From assembly GCF_004102945.1 (NCBI RefSeq), contig NZ_CP019384.1, positions 570,001 through 602,000 of the forward strand: DNA of 32,000 nucleotides, given 5' to 3'. Within the stretch, counting starts at the first letter, position 1. Every line of letters starts with the position of its first letter. The notes under the pieces were generated by a model, which saw nothing but the letters and a program-made list of their open reading frames with translations, was not told where the DNA came from and ran no database searches. The position numbers were made by a program, and so were the translations under genes. The DNA comes from Candidatus Velamenicoccus archaeovorus. GTDB lineage: Bacteria; Omnitrophota; Gorgyraeia; Velamenicoccales; Velamenicoccaceae. Positions 1-8,641 of this stretch are shown here, piece after piece.

Positions 1-1
1 T

Positions 2-64
2 GTGCTGGAATATTTGAAGAAGGAGCGGGCGCAGTCTTTTGATTTTGCGGGAGAAAAAGCATGA
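2..64 (+). CDS. 3' end of an upstream CDS (partial, product unknown)
   Basis: This frame is open from the window edge (..VLEYLKKERAQSFDFAGEKA*). Its TGA at 62-64 overlaps the ATG at 61 in an ATGA junction, a coupling seen repeatedly downstream. It is too short to assign a product. Confidence 0.3.
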   Translation: MLEYLKKERAQSFDFAGEKA

Positions 65-363
65 AGGGGTCGAAAGTTTACATGGTGATAGAGACCAAGA
101 TCAAGGACAAGGAAAAATACGGCCGGTATGTCGATGAAGTTTATGATATCGTGCGCCGTCATGGCGGCCGTTATCTGGTCAGGGGCGGCCGCGTCACGCC
201 CATGTTCGGAGGCTGGACGCCGGAACGGATGGTTGTGATCGCGTTCGATTCGCCGGAGGATTTAAAGAAGTGTTTCACATCTCCGGAATATTTGGCGGTT
301 GCACCTTTGAGGGAGACGTCGACCGAAACCAGGTCCGTCATCTTGGAGGGGTGCCAGCCATGA
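61..363 (+). CDS. DUF1330-family small protein
   Basis: 100-aa ORF whose pattern (VIETKIKDKEKYGRYV..GGRYLVRGG..ERMVVIAFDSPEDLKKCFTSPEY) I recognise as DUF1330-like. A purine-rich stretch (gggagaaaaagc) precedes the ATG. Confidence 0.75.
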   Translation: MKGSKVYMVIETKIKDKEKYGRYVDEVYDIVRRHGGRYLVRGGRVTPMFGGWTPERMVVIAFDSPEDLKKCFTSPEYLAVAPLRETSTETRSVILEGCQP

Positions 364-1223
364 GGGTCGCCGAAGGCATCCATGCTTTAAAGATCCCATT
401 CCGGCTTCCCGCCGGACCGGATAATTTCCTGGAACGGTTTGTTTATTGTTATCTGGTGTGCGGCGATACCGTCTGCTTGATCGACAGCGGCGTTGCAGGG
501 AGCCAAGAGATCATTTTTGATTATCTCGCATCTATCGGCCGCAAGCCGGAGGATATTTCCATCTTGGTCCTGACGCATAGCCATCCGGACCATATGGGCG
601 CCGCGCATGCAATCCGGGAAGCCACGGCGTGCACGGTGGCGGCGCATCTCTCGGAGAAAAACTGGATAGAAGATATCGATTTGCAGTTCAGGGAAAGGCC
701 GGTGGCTGGTTTTGAGACACTTGTCGCCGCCCCCGTCAAGGTCGATCGGGTACTTAAAGACGGAGATGTCCTGGGATTGGGGGGCGGTTTTGACATGGAG
801 GTTTTTCATACGCCGGGGCATTCCAGGGGCTCGCTATCATTGTTCTTGCGCAAGCAGAAGGTGCTGTTCTGTGCGGATGCCGTCCTCCTGCCGGGACAAC
901 TGCCTATTTATGACGACAATGAAGCATGCGTGCGGTCTGTCAATAAGTTGAAATATATGCGAGGTGTCGAGATCTTGCTTTCTTCCTGGGATGAGCCGAA
1001 ACGGGGTCCCGAGGTGCTCCGGGCCTTGGATGAGAGTCTTATTTTTCTTCGAAGCATTCAGCGGGCGGTGTTTGAGGTGATCAACGAGTATCCGACGGCG
1101 GACCTGATGGCCATGTGCGGACAAGTGGTCAGGATCATGGGCTTGCCGCCAGCGGCGCTCAATCCCCTGGTGGCCAGGTCATTGGCGTCGAGCCTTGAGA
1201 AAAAACGGCCGCGCGGACACTAA
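360..1223 (+). CDS. MBL-fold metallo-hydrolase
   Basis: Metallo-beta-lactamase signature THSHPDHMGA, with downstream HTPGHSRGS and CADAV. I moved the start from track position 270 to the in-frame ATG at 360, which overlaps the previous stop (ATGA). Confidence 0.85.
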   Translation: MRVAEGIHALKIPFRLPAGPDNFLERFVYCYLVCGDTVCLIDSGVAGSQEIIFDYLASIGRKPEDISILVLTHSHPDHMGAAHAIREATACTVAAHLSEKNWIEDIDLQFRERPVAGFETLVAAPVKVDRVLKDGDVLGLGGGFDMEVFHTPGHSRGSLSLFLRKQKVLFCADAVLLPGQLPIYDDNEACVRSVNKLKYMRGVEILLSSWDEPKRGPEVLRALDESLIFLRSIQRAVFEVINEYPTADLMAMCGQVVRIMGLPPAALNPLVARSLASSLEKKRPRGH

Positions 1224-1260
1224 TTTTCTACGGCTAGGGCCACGGACTCCAGAGGTCGGC

Positions 1261-1980
1261 ATGGACAACAGCTTGAAGATCGAAAATCTGACGGTGGAAG
1301 TGGGCGGCCGGGTGATCTTGGAAGATCTTAACCTGGAGATTTCCCCGGGCAGCACCCTTGTTTTGTTCGGGCCCAACGGTTCCGGAAAATCCACGTTGAT
1401 CAAGGCCATCATGGGGTTCGAGAATTATGCGATCACCCACGGGAAGATCGTCTTCGGAGGAGAGGTGATCAACGGTTTGTCGACGGATGAACGCGCCAAA
1501 AAAGGCATCGGCGTCCTTTTCCAGAACCCGCCGAAGATCAGGGGGATCAAGTTACGCCAGATGGTGGAGCTGGTCACACGGCGGCCGGCGCAGGAAGATA
1601 TCTTTGTCGATAAGCTCAACGTCGGGGAGTTGATGGACAGGGATCTGAATGTGAATTTTTCCGGGGGAGAGATGAAGCGTTCTGAATTGCTCCAGGTTTT
1701 GTCTCAGCGGCCGAAGCTCCTGCTTCTGGATGAGCCGGAATCGGGCGTCGACATCGAAAATATCGCCATGATGGGCAGGGTACTCAACGCCTTTATCCGC
1801 GAGCATGCCGTGGCTTCGCTCATCATCACGCACACCGGTTATGTCCTGGATTATGTCGACGCCCAACACGCCTGCGTGTTGATGGACCGCGATATCCGCT
1901 GTTATGACGATCCGCGCAAGGTTTTTGAAGATATCCGTCAATTCGGTTATGAAAAGTGCCGCACCTGCCGAGGACAATGA
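1261..1980 (+). CDS. sufC: Fe-S cluster assembly ATPase SufC-like (ABC ATPase)
   Basis: Walker A GPNGSGKST, ABC signature FSGGEMKR and Walker B LLLLDEPESGVD. The SufC-type N-terminus LKIENLTVEVGG is present. Start set at the ATG at 1261 (M23 of the track ORF). Confidence 0.8.
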   Translation: MDNSLKIENLTVEVGGRVILEDLNLEISPGSTLVLFGPNGSGKSTLIKAIMGFENYAITHGKIVFGGEVINGLSTDERAKKGIGVLFQNPPKIRGIKLRQMVELVTRRPAQEDIFVDKLNVGELMDRDLNVNFSGGEMKRSELLQVLSQRPKLLLLDEPESGVDIENIAMMGRVLNAFIREHAVASLIITHTGYVLDYVDAQHACVLMDRDIRCYDDPRKVFEDIRQFGYEKCRTCRGQ

Positions 1981-3080
1981 ACTTTATGGCTGATAAGGAT
2001 GCACATCTTGGAAAAGAGGAGACCCGCCGTCTGGAGCGCATCGGTTATGATGCATCCGAGAAGGAGCGCGCCGGTTCTTTTATCCAGCAGGACAGCGATT
2101 TGCTCCTGCGCAAGACGCTTCATGAGGATATCGACGTCATGGGCGTCGAAGAGGCCTTGAAGACGGTTCCCGACGCCGCGTCATACTACGGCAAGGCCTT
2201 TGCGGCGCTTGGCCGGGAATATCCGAAAGAAACGTCCGGCGGCTATTACATCAGGATCAAGGCCGGCAAGACCGTGCTTTTCCCCGTGCAGGCGTGCCTC
2301 TACCTCAAGAAGGCGAATTTCAAACAGAAAGTCCATAATCTCATCATCGCCGAACCCGGCTCAAAAGTCTACATCATCACCGGCTGTACGGCACACATCG
2401 ATTCGCAGGAAGCGTATCATTTGGGCATCTCGGAATTTTTTGTCGGCGCAGGGGCTTATGTGAACTTCACCATGATCCATAGCTGGACACGGGAGACGAG
2501 CGTCGAGCCCAAAAGCATCGCTATCGTCGATAAAGCGGGGGTGTTTATCTCCAATTACATCTGCCTGGATCCCGTCAAGAACATCACGATGTATCCGACA
2601 GCCGTTCTCGACGAGATGAGCACGGCCCATTTCAGCTCGCTGATGGTGGCCCATGAAGGTTCGGCCCAGGACATCGGCTCGCGCGTCATTTTTAACGGCA
2701 GGGGGTCTTCGGCGGAAATCATCTCGCGGGCCGTCAGCTTGGGGGGATCGGTTACTGCGCGCGGCCACCTCAAAGCCTCCTCGCCCGATATCAAGGCGCA
2801 TCTGGAATGCCGGGGGCTTGTCGTCAACGAAAAAGGCAGGATCCATGCCATCCCGGAGCTTGAAACCGAATACAGGGATGTGGATATGTCCCATGAGGCG
2901 GCGATCGGCAAGATCTCCAAAGAGGAGATCGAATACTTATGTTCCAGAGGGATTTCCAAAGATAAGGCGCAATCCCTTATCATCCGCGGTTTTGTAGATA
3001 CCAACATTCTGTCATTGCCTGAGTTGTTGAAGAAAGAGATCGATCAGCTTGCAGACCGGACATTGAAGTCTGGCCTTTGA
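1977..3080 (+). CDS. SufB/SufD-family Fe-S cluster assembly protein
   Basis: Lies immediately after sufC with an ATGA overlap at 1977-1980. The C-terminal half (..SRAVSLGGSVTARGHLKA..HLECRGLVV..IPELE..DVDMSHEAAIGKISKEEIEYLCSRGISKDKAQSLII.GF) matches my memory of the SufB/D beta-helix family. Confidence 0.75.
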   Translation: MNFMADKDAHLGKEETRRLERIGYDASEKERAGSFIQQDSDLLLRKTLHEDIDVMGVEEALKTVPDAASYYGKAFAALGREYPKETSGGYYIRIKAGKTVLFPVQACLYLKKANFKQKVHNLIIAEPGSKVYIITGCTAHIDSQEAYHLGISEFFVGAGAYVNFTMIHSWTRETSVEPKSIAIVDKAGVFISNYICLDPVKNITMYPTAVLDEMSTAHFSSLMVAHEGSAQDIGSRVIFNGRGSSAEIISRAVSLGGSVTARGHLKASSPDIKAHLECRGLVVNEKGRIHAIPELETEYRDVDMSHEAAIGKISKEEIEYLCSRGISKDKAQSLIIRGFVDTNILSLPELLKKEIDQLADRTLKSGL

Positions 3081-3204
3081 TTCTTTCCGGCGGCCGTCCT
3101 GCCTCGATGGGTTTCTTATGAGGGTTGCCCGATCCCGGCTGTCGCAAAGACAAAATACATCATCTCATTTCGTGCGAGAGGAGAGGAGCCAAGGAGGAGG
3201 CTGG

Positions 3205-3594
3205 ATGGAGAAGAGAAGGGTTCTGGTCGTGGATGATGAGGAGAATCTCCGTAAATTATTGAAGTTGAACCTGGAGGGGACCGGCAAGTTTACGGTTGAG
3301 ACCTTGGCGAATGCCAAAGACCTTATCGAGACGCTTCATATGTTCAAGCCCGAGGTGATCCTGCTCGATCTTTTGCTGCCCGGCCTCGGCGGCTTGGAGG
3401 CATGCGAGATGCTGAACAGGGATCCGCTGGGTCAGGGAGTGCCTATCATCGTTCTTTCTTCCCTGGCCAAAGACGGAGACAAGCGCGCCGCTTACGGCAA
3501 AGGAGTCGTGGATTATCTCGTAAAGCCCATTGAGAACGATGACCTTGTCGCCAAGATCGAAAAGGTCCTTTTGAATAAAGACAGTTCGTCATGA
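3205..3594 (+). CDS. Stand-alone response-regulator receiver (CheY-like) protein
   Basis: REC motifs VLVVDDEE, ILLDLLLPGLGG and DYLVKP, with no output domain. Start set at the ATG at 3205, which follows the RBS aaggaggagg. Confidence 0.85.
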   Translation: MEKRRVLVVDDEENLRKLLKLNLEGTGKFTVETLANAKDLIETLHMFKPEVILLDLLLPGLGGLEACEMLNRDPLGQGVPIIVLSSLAKDGDKRAAYGKGVVDYLVKPIENDDLVAKIEKVLLNKDSSS

Positions 3595-3639
3595 GAGGCA
3601 AAAAAGCGGCATCGGAATCATGGTGCAGGTCGTGATTGC

Positions 3640-6633
3640 ATGAAGACAAAGCTTAACAAACTCTTTTTCGTTGCGATTCCTCTGCTTTTGGCGGCGGGGA
3701 CGGTGTTGACCGGATGGGTTTTCCGCATCGAAGACAAGCGCATGCGTGAAGATTTCATGGTCGGGGCGCGCATCTTGAGGAGCGCCATCGACCCCTGGCG
3801 CATTCTGCGCCTCAAGGGTTCCGAAGCCGACCTTGTTTCTCCTGATTATCAGCGCCTGAAGGAACAATTGAGTCTGGCGCGTTTCTCCAACCCCGAATGC
3901 CGTTTCACCTACCTGATGGGCCGGCGGCCGGACGGTCAAGTCTTTTTCTTTCTGGATTCGGAACCGCCTAATTCAAAGGATTATTCGCCTCCCGGCCAGA
4001 TCTATACAGAAATCTCAAGACCCATGCGGGATGTCTTTGTGACCGGAAAAGAAGTTGTCGCAGGGCCGGCATCGGACCGGTGGGGGCGATGGGTCAGCGC
4101 GGCGGTCCCGATCGCAGATCCAGAAACAGGCAAGATCATTGCCGTGCTCGGCGTGGATATTGCGGCGCGTCACTGGACGGCGCTTATCGTCTACCATTCC
4201 CTTCCTCCGGCGGTCGTTACCCTGTTGCTCTTCATGATCGTCGGGACATTTTTGTCCATCCAGCAGAGGGATAAGCTGGAAAAGATGCGGCTTTCGGCCT
4301 CGCGGATGGCGTTGCAACAGAGCACGGAAAACTTCCAGAAGCTGTTTGAGAATATGGCCGACGGCATGGCCATCTATCGGGCTGTCGAGGAGGGTCGGAA
4401 TTTTGTCTTTGTCAATCTGAATAAGACAGGAGAGAAGATATCGCAGGTGAAGCGGCAAGACATTATCGGCAAAAAGATAACTGAAGTATTTCCCGCGGCG
4501 GCAGATATCGGTCTTGTGGAGGTCTTGCGCCGGGTCTGGAGCAGCGGCGTATCGGAATACCTCCCCGGCATCCTCTACAAAGATCAACGGATCGAGCATT
4601 GGACTGAGAATTATATTTTAAGGTTGCCGTCGGGCCTTGTGGTATCGATCTATTCCAATATCCCCAAACGCAGACAGGTCGATGAGGAGATTAAAAGTCT
4701 AGCAAAGTTCCTTGACGAGAGCCCCCGTCCGATCTTGCGCATTTCCGTCGACGGCAGATTGCTTTTCATCAACCGGGCCGGTCTGGATCAATTGGCGGAC
4801 TGGCACTTGCAAATAGCGCAGCCGGCTCCGCTTCACCTGAGAGATCTGGCGTTCAAGGCATTAGAGACCGGTTCAGGCCAGCATGCCGATATCGCTTACG
4901 GCCGGCAGGTATATTTTTTTCATGTGACGCCTGTCAGCGGATCCGGCTATGCGAATCTTTACGGCATCGACATCACTGAGCGCAAAAAGATGGAAGAGGA
5001 ATTAAAACGGAAGACCGAATTCCTGGAAGCCCAGACAGAAGCGTCCTTGGATGGGCTGCTCGTCGTTGATGAAAACGGAAGGAGATCTTTGACGAATAAA
5101 CGGTTGCTTGAGCTATGGCAGGTGCCGCAGGCCGTCGCCACCGATAAGGATGATGCGGCATTTTTGCAATTCGCAGCGAGCAGGGTGAAGAATCCCAAGG
5201 AATTTTTGGCTCAGGTCAATTATCTCTATGCCCACAGGAGTGAAACAAGCAAGGACGAAGTTGAGTTCAAAGACGGGATGATTTTTGAGAGATATTCTTC
5301 GCCCGTCATAGATAAGAACGGAAAATACTTCGGGCGTATCTGGACATTCCGCGATATCACCGAGCGCAAGCAGGCGGAAAGAAAGATCCTGGAATACACC
5401 AAGCGCCTGGGGTATTTGACGAAGTACGCCAATGATCTGATCATCCTCCTTGACGAAAATTTTAACCTTCTGGAAGTCAACGAGCGCGCCGAGGATGTTT
5501 ACGGCTATACCCGTGATGAGTTGGTCGGGAAGCATGCGACTTTTTTGCGCGCATCTGAAGTTCGGGAGGCATTCAGCCGACAGATTGCGTCGGTCCACGA
5601 GGGGGGCCGTGTCCTCTTTGAGACGGTGCATATGCGCAAGAACGGGGAAAAGTTTCCGGTCGAGATCAGCGTCAACACATTCGATGCCGACAAGAAAAGG
5701 TTCTATCTGGCCGTCATCCGCGATATCACCGAGCGCAAGAAGGCCGAGGAAAAGTTGAGCCGGGCCTTGGCAGAGGAGATCAAGCTCCGCGAAATGACCA
5801 CAAGCATGCTGGAAGACAACAAGCGGATCAGTGAAAAGCTGGAGAATAGCCTGGAGAGATTGAAAGAAGCCCAGATCCAGCTTGTCCATGCCGAAAAAAT
5901 GGAGGCCATAGGCCGGATGGCTTCCGGCATCGCGCACGAGGTTAAAAATCCCCTGGGGATCATCCTGCAAGGCATTAATTATCTCGAAGGGAAGCTGCCG
6001 TCTGAAGAGCAAGGCGATCGCCAGATACTCCAGATGATGAAGGACAGCGTCAAGAGGGCGGACGGTATTGTGCGCGCACTTCTCGATTTTTCCAGGACCG
6101 AAGGATTGAGGCAAGAACGCCAGGATATTAACGTCGTCATCGAGGGCAGCCTGGAACTGATGAGGCACAGGCTTAAACTTCAACCTGTAGAGCTTTTATT
6201 TCATCTGGAAAGAAACCTTCCGAAAATATTCATAGACCGAGGCAAGATCGAGCAAGTCTTCGTCAATCTGTTCAATAATGCCCTGGATGCCATGCCCCAG
6301 GGAGGGAAGCTTTATGTCCGTTCTTTTCTGTCTGAGATGAAAGCTCCCGGGGATAAGGTCGGGAACAGGAAAGGGGACGGATTCAAGGCAGGGGAAAAAG
6401 TTGTCGTGACGGAAATAGAAGACACCGGTGTCGGGATAGACGAGGGTATCGTCAACAAGGTGTTTGATCCGTTTTTTACGACAAAAGACAGAACGGAAGG
6501 GACTGGCCTGGGTCTTTCCATCGCCAAGAGCATTATCGAGATGCACAACGGCTTGATCAGGGTAGAGAGCGTCAGGGGCAAGGGGACGAAATTCACCATT
6601 CTTTTCAGGCTTTTCAAGGAAGACAGGGGTTGA
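3640..6633 (+). CDS. Multi-PAS sensor histidine kinase with an N-terminal membrane-bounded sensor domain
   Basis: An N-terminal TM segment and a second TM (about aa 185-207) flank a ~150-aa external region. Three PAS/PAC ends carry DITERK. H-box GIAHEVKNPL, N-box FVNLFNNALDAM, G1 DTGVGID, F-box FDPFFTTK and G2 GTGLGLSIAK are present. Confidence 0.9.
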   Translation: MKTKLNKLFFVAIPLLLAAGTVLTGWVFRIEDKRMREDFMVGARILRSAIDPWRILRLKGSEADLVSPDYQRLKEQLSLARFSNPECRFTYLMGRRPDGQVFFFLDSEPPNSKDYSPPGQIYTEISRPMRDVFVTGKEVVAGPASDRWGRWVSAAVPIADPETGKIIAVLGVDIAARHWTALIVYHSLPPAVVTLLLFMIVGTFLSIQQRDKLEKMRLSASRMALQQSTENFQKLFENMADGMAIYRAVEEGRNFVFVNLNKTGEKISQVKRQDIIGKKITEVFPAAADIGLVEVLRRVWSSGVSEYLPGILYKDQRIEHWTENYILRLPSGLVVSIYSNIPKRRQVDEEIKSLAKFLDESPRPILRISVDGRLLFINRAGLDQLADWHLQIAQPAPLHLRDLAFKALETGSGQHADIAYGRQVYFFHVTPVSGSGYANLYGIDITERKKMEEELKRKTEFLEAQTEASLDGLLVVDENGRRSLTNKRLLELWQVPQAVATDKDDAAFLQFAASRVKNPKEFLAQVNYLYAHRSETSKDEVEFKDGMIFERYSSPVIDKNGKYFGRIWTFRDITERKQAERKILEYTKRLGYLTKYANDLIILLDENFNLLEVNERAEDVYGYTRDELVGKHATFLRASEVREAFSRQIASVHEGGRVLFETVHMRKNGEKFPVEISVNTFDADKKRFYLAVIRDITERKKAEEKLSRALAEEIKLREMTTSMLEDNKRISEKLENSLERLKEAQIQLVHAEKMEAIGRMASGIAHEVKNPLGIILQGINYLEGKLPSEEQGDRQILQMMKDSVKRADGIVRALLDFSRTEGLRQERQDINVVIEGSLELMRHRLKLQPVELLFHLERNLPKIFIDRGKIEQVFVNLFNNALDAMPQGGKLYVRSFLSEMKAPGDKVGNRKGDGFKAGEKVVVTEIEDTGVGIDEGIVNKVFDPFFTTKDRTEGTGLGLSIAKSIIEMHNGLIRVESVRGKGTKFTILFRLFKEDRG

Positions 6634-6634
6634 C

Positions 6635-7012
6635 ATGAAAAAGACAAGGGTGATGATCGTGGACGACGAAGAAGATTTTCTCAAGATAATGAAGATCAAT
6701 CTGGAGGAGACAGGCCGTTTTGAGGTGGCAATAGTACAGGATGCTGCAGATATTGTGTGCCGGGTGAGGTTGTTTTGTCCCGATATCATTCTTCTCGACA
6801 TCCTTATGCCGAAGATCGGCGGCGTTGAAGTATGCAGGATGTTGAACGGAGATCCTTCGGGAAAAGACATTCCCGTGATCGTCGTCTCGGCGTTGGATAC
6901 GGAGAAGGACAGAAACACCATGAAAGAATTGGGCGCTGTTGATTTTCTCGTGAAACCCTTGGAAACAAAAGATCTTGTTTCCAGGATCGAAAAGGTCCTG
7001 CAAGGCCGATGA
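6635..7012 (+). CDS. Stand-alone response-regulator receiver (CheY-like) protein
   Basis: REC motifs VMIVDDEED, ILLDILMPKIGG and DFLVKP. It starts 1 nt after the kinase stop and is a paralogue of the 3205-3594 protein. Confidence 0.9.
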   Translation: MKKTRVMIVDDEEDFLKIMKINLEETGRFEVAIVQDAADIVCRVRLFCPDIILLDILMPKIGGVEVCRMLNGDPSGKDIPVIVVSALDTEKDRNTMKELGAVDFLVKPLETKDLVSRIEKVLQGR

Positions 7013-7049
7013 TTGTAGCGGCTCTATGCAAACCGGGGACCCCGGGATT

Positions 7050-7703
7050 ATGCAAAAATACATCACCCCTGCGGCTATGCAGCGGTTGGACAGACTGGCC
7101 GAAGAGAGATACGGCATTCCACCTTTGATTCTAATGGAGAACGCGGGCCGCAGTGCTGCGGAAGCGGTTATACGGCTGCTCAAAGGCAAAAGAAAGCGGG
7201 TTGTCTGTGTTGCGGGCCGCGGAAACAACGGCGGAGACGGTTTTGTCTGCTGCCGACACCTGCTGAACAAGGGTGTCCGCGTAGAAGCGTTCCTGATGGA
7301 TGGGAAGAAAGCATTGACGCCGGACGCCCGCCTCAACAGGGACATCCTTGAGAAGTCGGGATGCCCCGTGCGCCGGGTCGCGACACCGGCGGATGTCCGG
7401 CTCTTGCGTCAAAGCTTAAAACGCCGCGCCTGTGTCGTTGATGCCATCTTCGGCATCGGTTTTCGGGGCGCGCCCAGGACTCCTTACGATGAAGTGATCG
7501 CCGTCATCAATGCGTCCGGCAGTCCCGTTGTTTCGCTGGATGTCCCCTCGGGCCTCGACGCCTTGACAGGGCGCGCCCACGGCGCCTGCATCCGCGCCTC
7601 TGCGACCGTGACGTTCGGATACCCCAAAACAGGCCTTGCCCGTCACGACGGCCCTCTTTGCGCGGGCCGTATCCTTGTCGCAGACATCTCCCTGCCTCGA
7701 TAG
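7050..7703 (+). CDS. nnrE: NAD(P)H-hydrate epimerase (YjeF N-terminal domain only)
   Basis: Motifs LMENAGRSAAEAV, VCVAGRGNNGGDGFVCCRHL, VVDAIFGIGFRG and SLDVPSGLDALTG. Start set at the ATG at 7050 (MQKYITPAAM..). Confidence 0.8.
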   Translation: MQKYITPAAMQRLDRLAEERYGIPPLILMENAGRSAAEAVIRLLKGKRKRVVCVAGRGNNGGDGFVCCRHLLNKGVRVEAFLMDGKKALTPDARLNRDILEKSGCPVRRVATPADVRLLRQSLKRRACVVDAIFGIGFRGAPRTPYDEVIAVINASGSPVVSLDVPSGLDALTGRAHGACIRASATVTFGYPKTGLARHDGPLCAGRILVADISLPR

Positions 7704-7757
7704 TCACCAGCCGGACCCGGTGTTTTTCCAGGAAGATATACCGTCTTACGGGGTATT

Positions 7758-7785
7758 TTGTATTTCGGCGGTTCTCCTGTATAAT
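7758..7785 (+). promoter_or_regulatory. Candidate sigma70-type promoter upstream of crcB
   Basis: TTGTAT (7758-7763), a 16-nt spacer, then TATAAT (7780-7785). It sits 49 nt upstream of the crcB ATG in the only sizeable intergenic gap nearby. Confidence 0.3.
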
Positions 7786-7833
7786 AAGGACAAGTTGTTT
7801 TCTCTTTTAGGCTCCATCAGCGAAGGATATGTC

Positions 7834-8217
7834 ATGAAGTTTTTTTTGATCGGTCTTGGCGGCGCCATCGGCACGGTCTTGCGTTACATCATTTCCGGGC
7901 TGGATTATAAATATTCATACGGAATTTTTCCCATCAGCACCCTCGTGGTCAACTTGGCGGGTTCCTTTGCCATCGGATTTCTCTGGGGGCTTTTTGAGGG
8001 CGTAGCCATCTCTCCCCAGGTGCGTATGTTTATTTTTATCGGGGTCTTGGGAGGATTCACGACATTTTCGACGTTTGCTTTGGAAAATTTCAATTTGTTC
8101 CGGGACGGGGAACACCCTATCGCGCTTTTGAACATTCTCGTCTCCAATCTCTGTGGGATCTTTTTGGTCTTTGCCGGCTATGCCTTGGCCCGGATGTTCC
8201 TCGGCTTATTCAAATAG
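7834..8217 (+). CDS. crcB: Fluoride ion channel CrcB/FEX
   Basis: A ~127-aa four-TM protein with the CrcB hallmarks GGAIGTVLRY and GVLGGFTTFSTF. Start set at the ATG at 7834; the longer track ORF from 7636 runs through the nnrE 3' end. Confidence 0.85.
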   Translation: MKFFLIGLGGAIGTVLRYIISGLDYKYSYGIFPISTLVVNLAGSFAIGFLWGLFEGVAISPQVRMFIFIGVLGGFTTFSTFALENFNLFRDGEHPIALLNILVSNLCGIFLVFAGYALARMFLGLFK

Positions 8218-8229
8218 GAGGTCTTTTTT

Positions 8230-8565
8230 ATGAAATTACCGCAGGAAGGGATGTTATTGAGGGTCTTTGTCGGGGAGAGCGACGTGCACCAGGGGAAAGC
8301 CCTTTATGAGCAGATCGTCCTGAAGGCGCGCGAACTGAACCTGGCGGGCGCGACGGTTTTGCGGGGGATCATGGGATTCGGCGCCGACAGCCGCATGCAT
8401 ACGGCAAAATTATTACGGTTATCCGAAGATTTGCCGGTGGTGATAGAGATCGTCGATACGGAAGAGAACCTTAATAAGATCCTGCCATTTCTTGATGAAG
8501 TCGTCGCCGAAGGGCTGATCACCTTAGAGAAGGTCAAGGTCATCAAGTACCGGCATAAAGATTAA
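8230..8565 (+). CDS. DUF190 (PII-like) protein, a common crcB neighbour
   Basis: 111 aa with LLRVFVGESD..GKALYE.IV..AREL.LAGATVLRGI.GFG, typical of DUF190/UPF0166. The RBS aggagg lies upstream of the ATG. Confidence 0.8.
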   Translation: MKLPQEGMLLRVFVGESDVHQGKALYEQIVLKARELNLAGATVLRGIMGFGADSRMHTAKLLRLSEDLPVVIEIVDTEENLNKILPFLDEVVAEGLITLEKVKVIKYRHKD

Positions 8566-8641
8566 TCCCTGCGCCGGGGTCGTCTCTGACTGAAAGCCAG
8601 GGGCATGCCCGTGGGGTTTCGGGCGCAAAGAAGGAGGGACT

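Noticed and set aside
5113-7345. Minus-strand ORFs of 356, 241 and 243 aa (5113-6183, 6196-6921, 6614-7345)
   Set aside because: All are antisense to the well-supported histidine kinase, receiver and nnrE genes. Their translations are low-complexity and motif-free.
7704-7833. Possible fluoride riboswitch upstream of crcB
   Set aside because: Only AACCGCC- and CUGAUGG-like strings were found. They lie on the wrong strand and in the wrong order, so I do not call a riboswitch without a covariance-model search.
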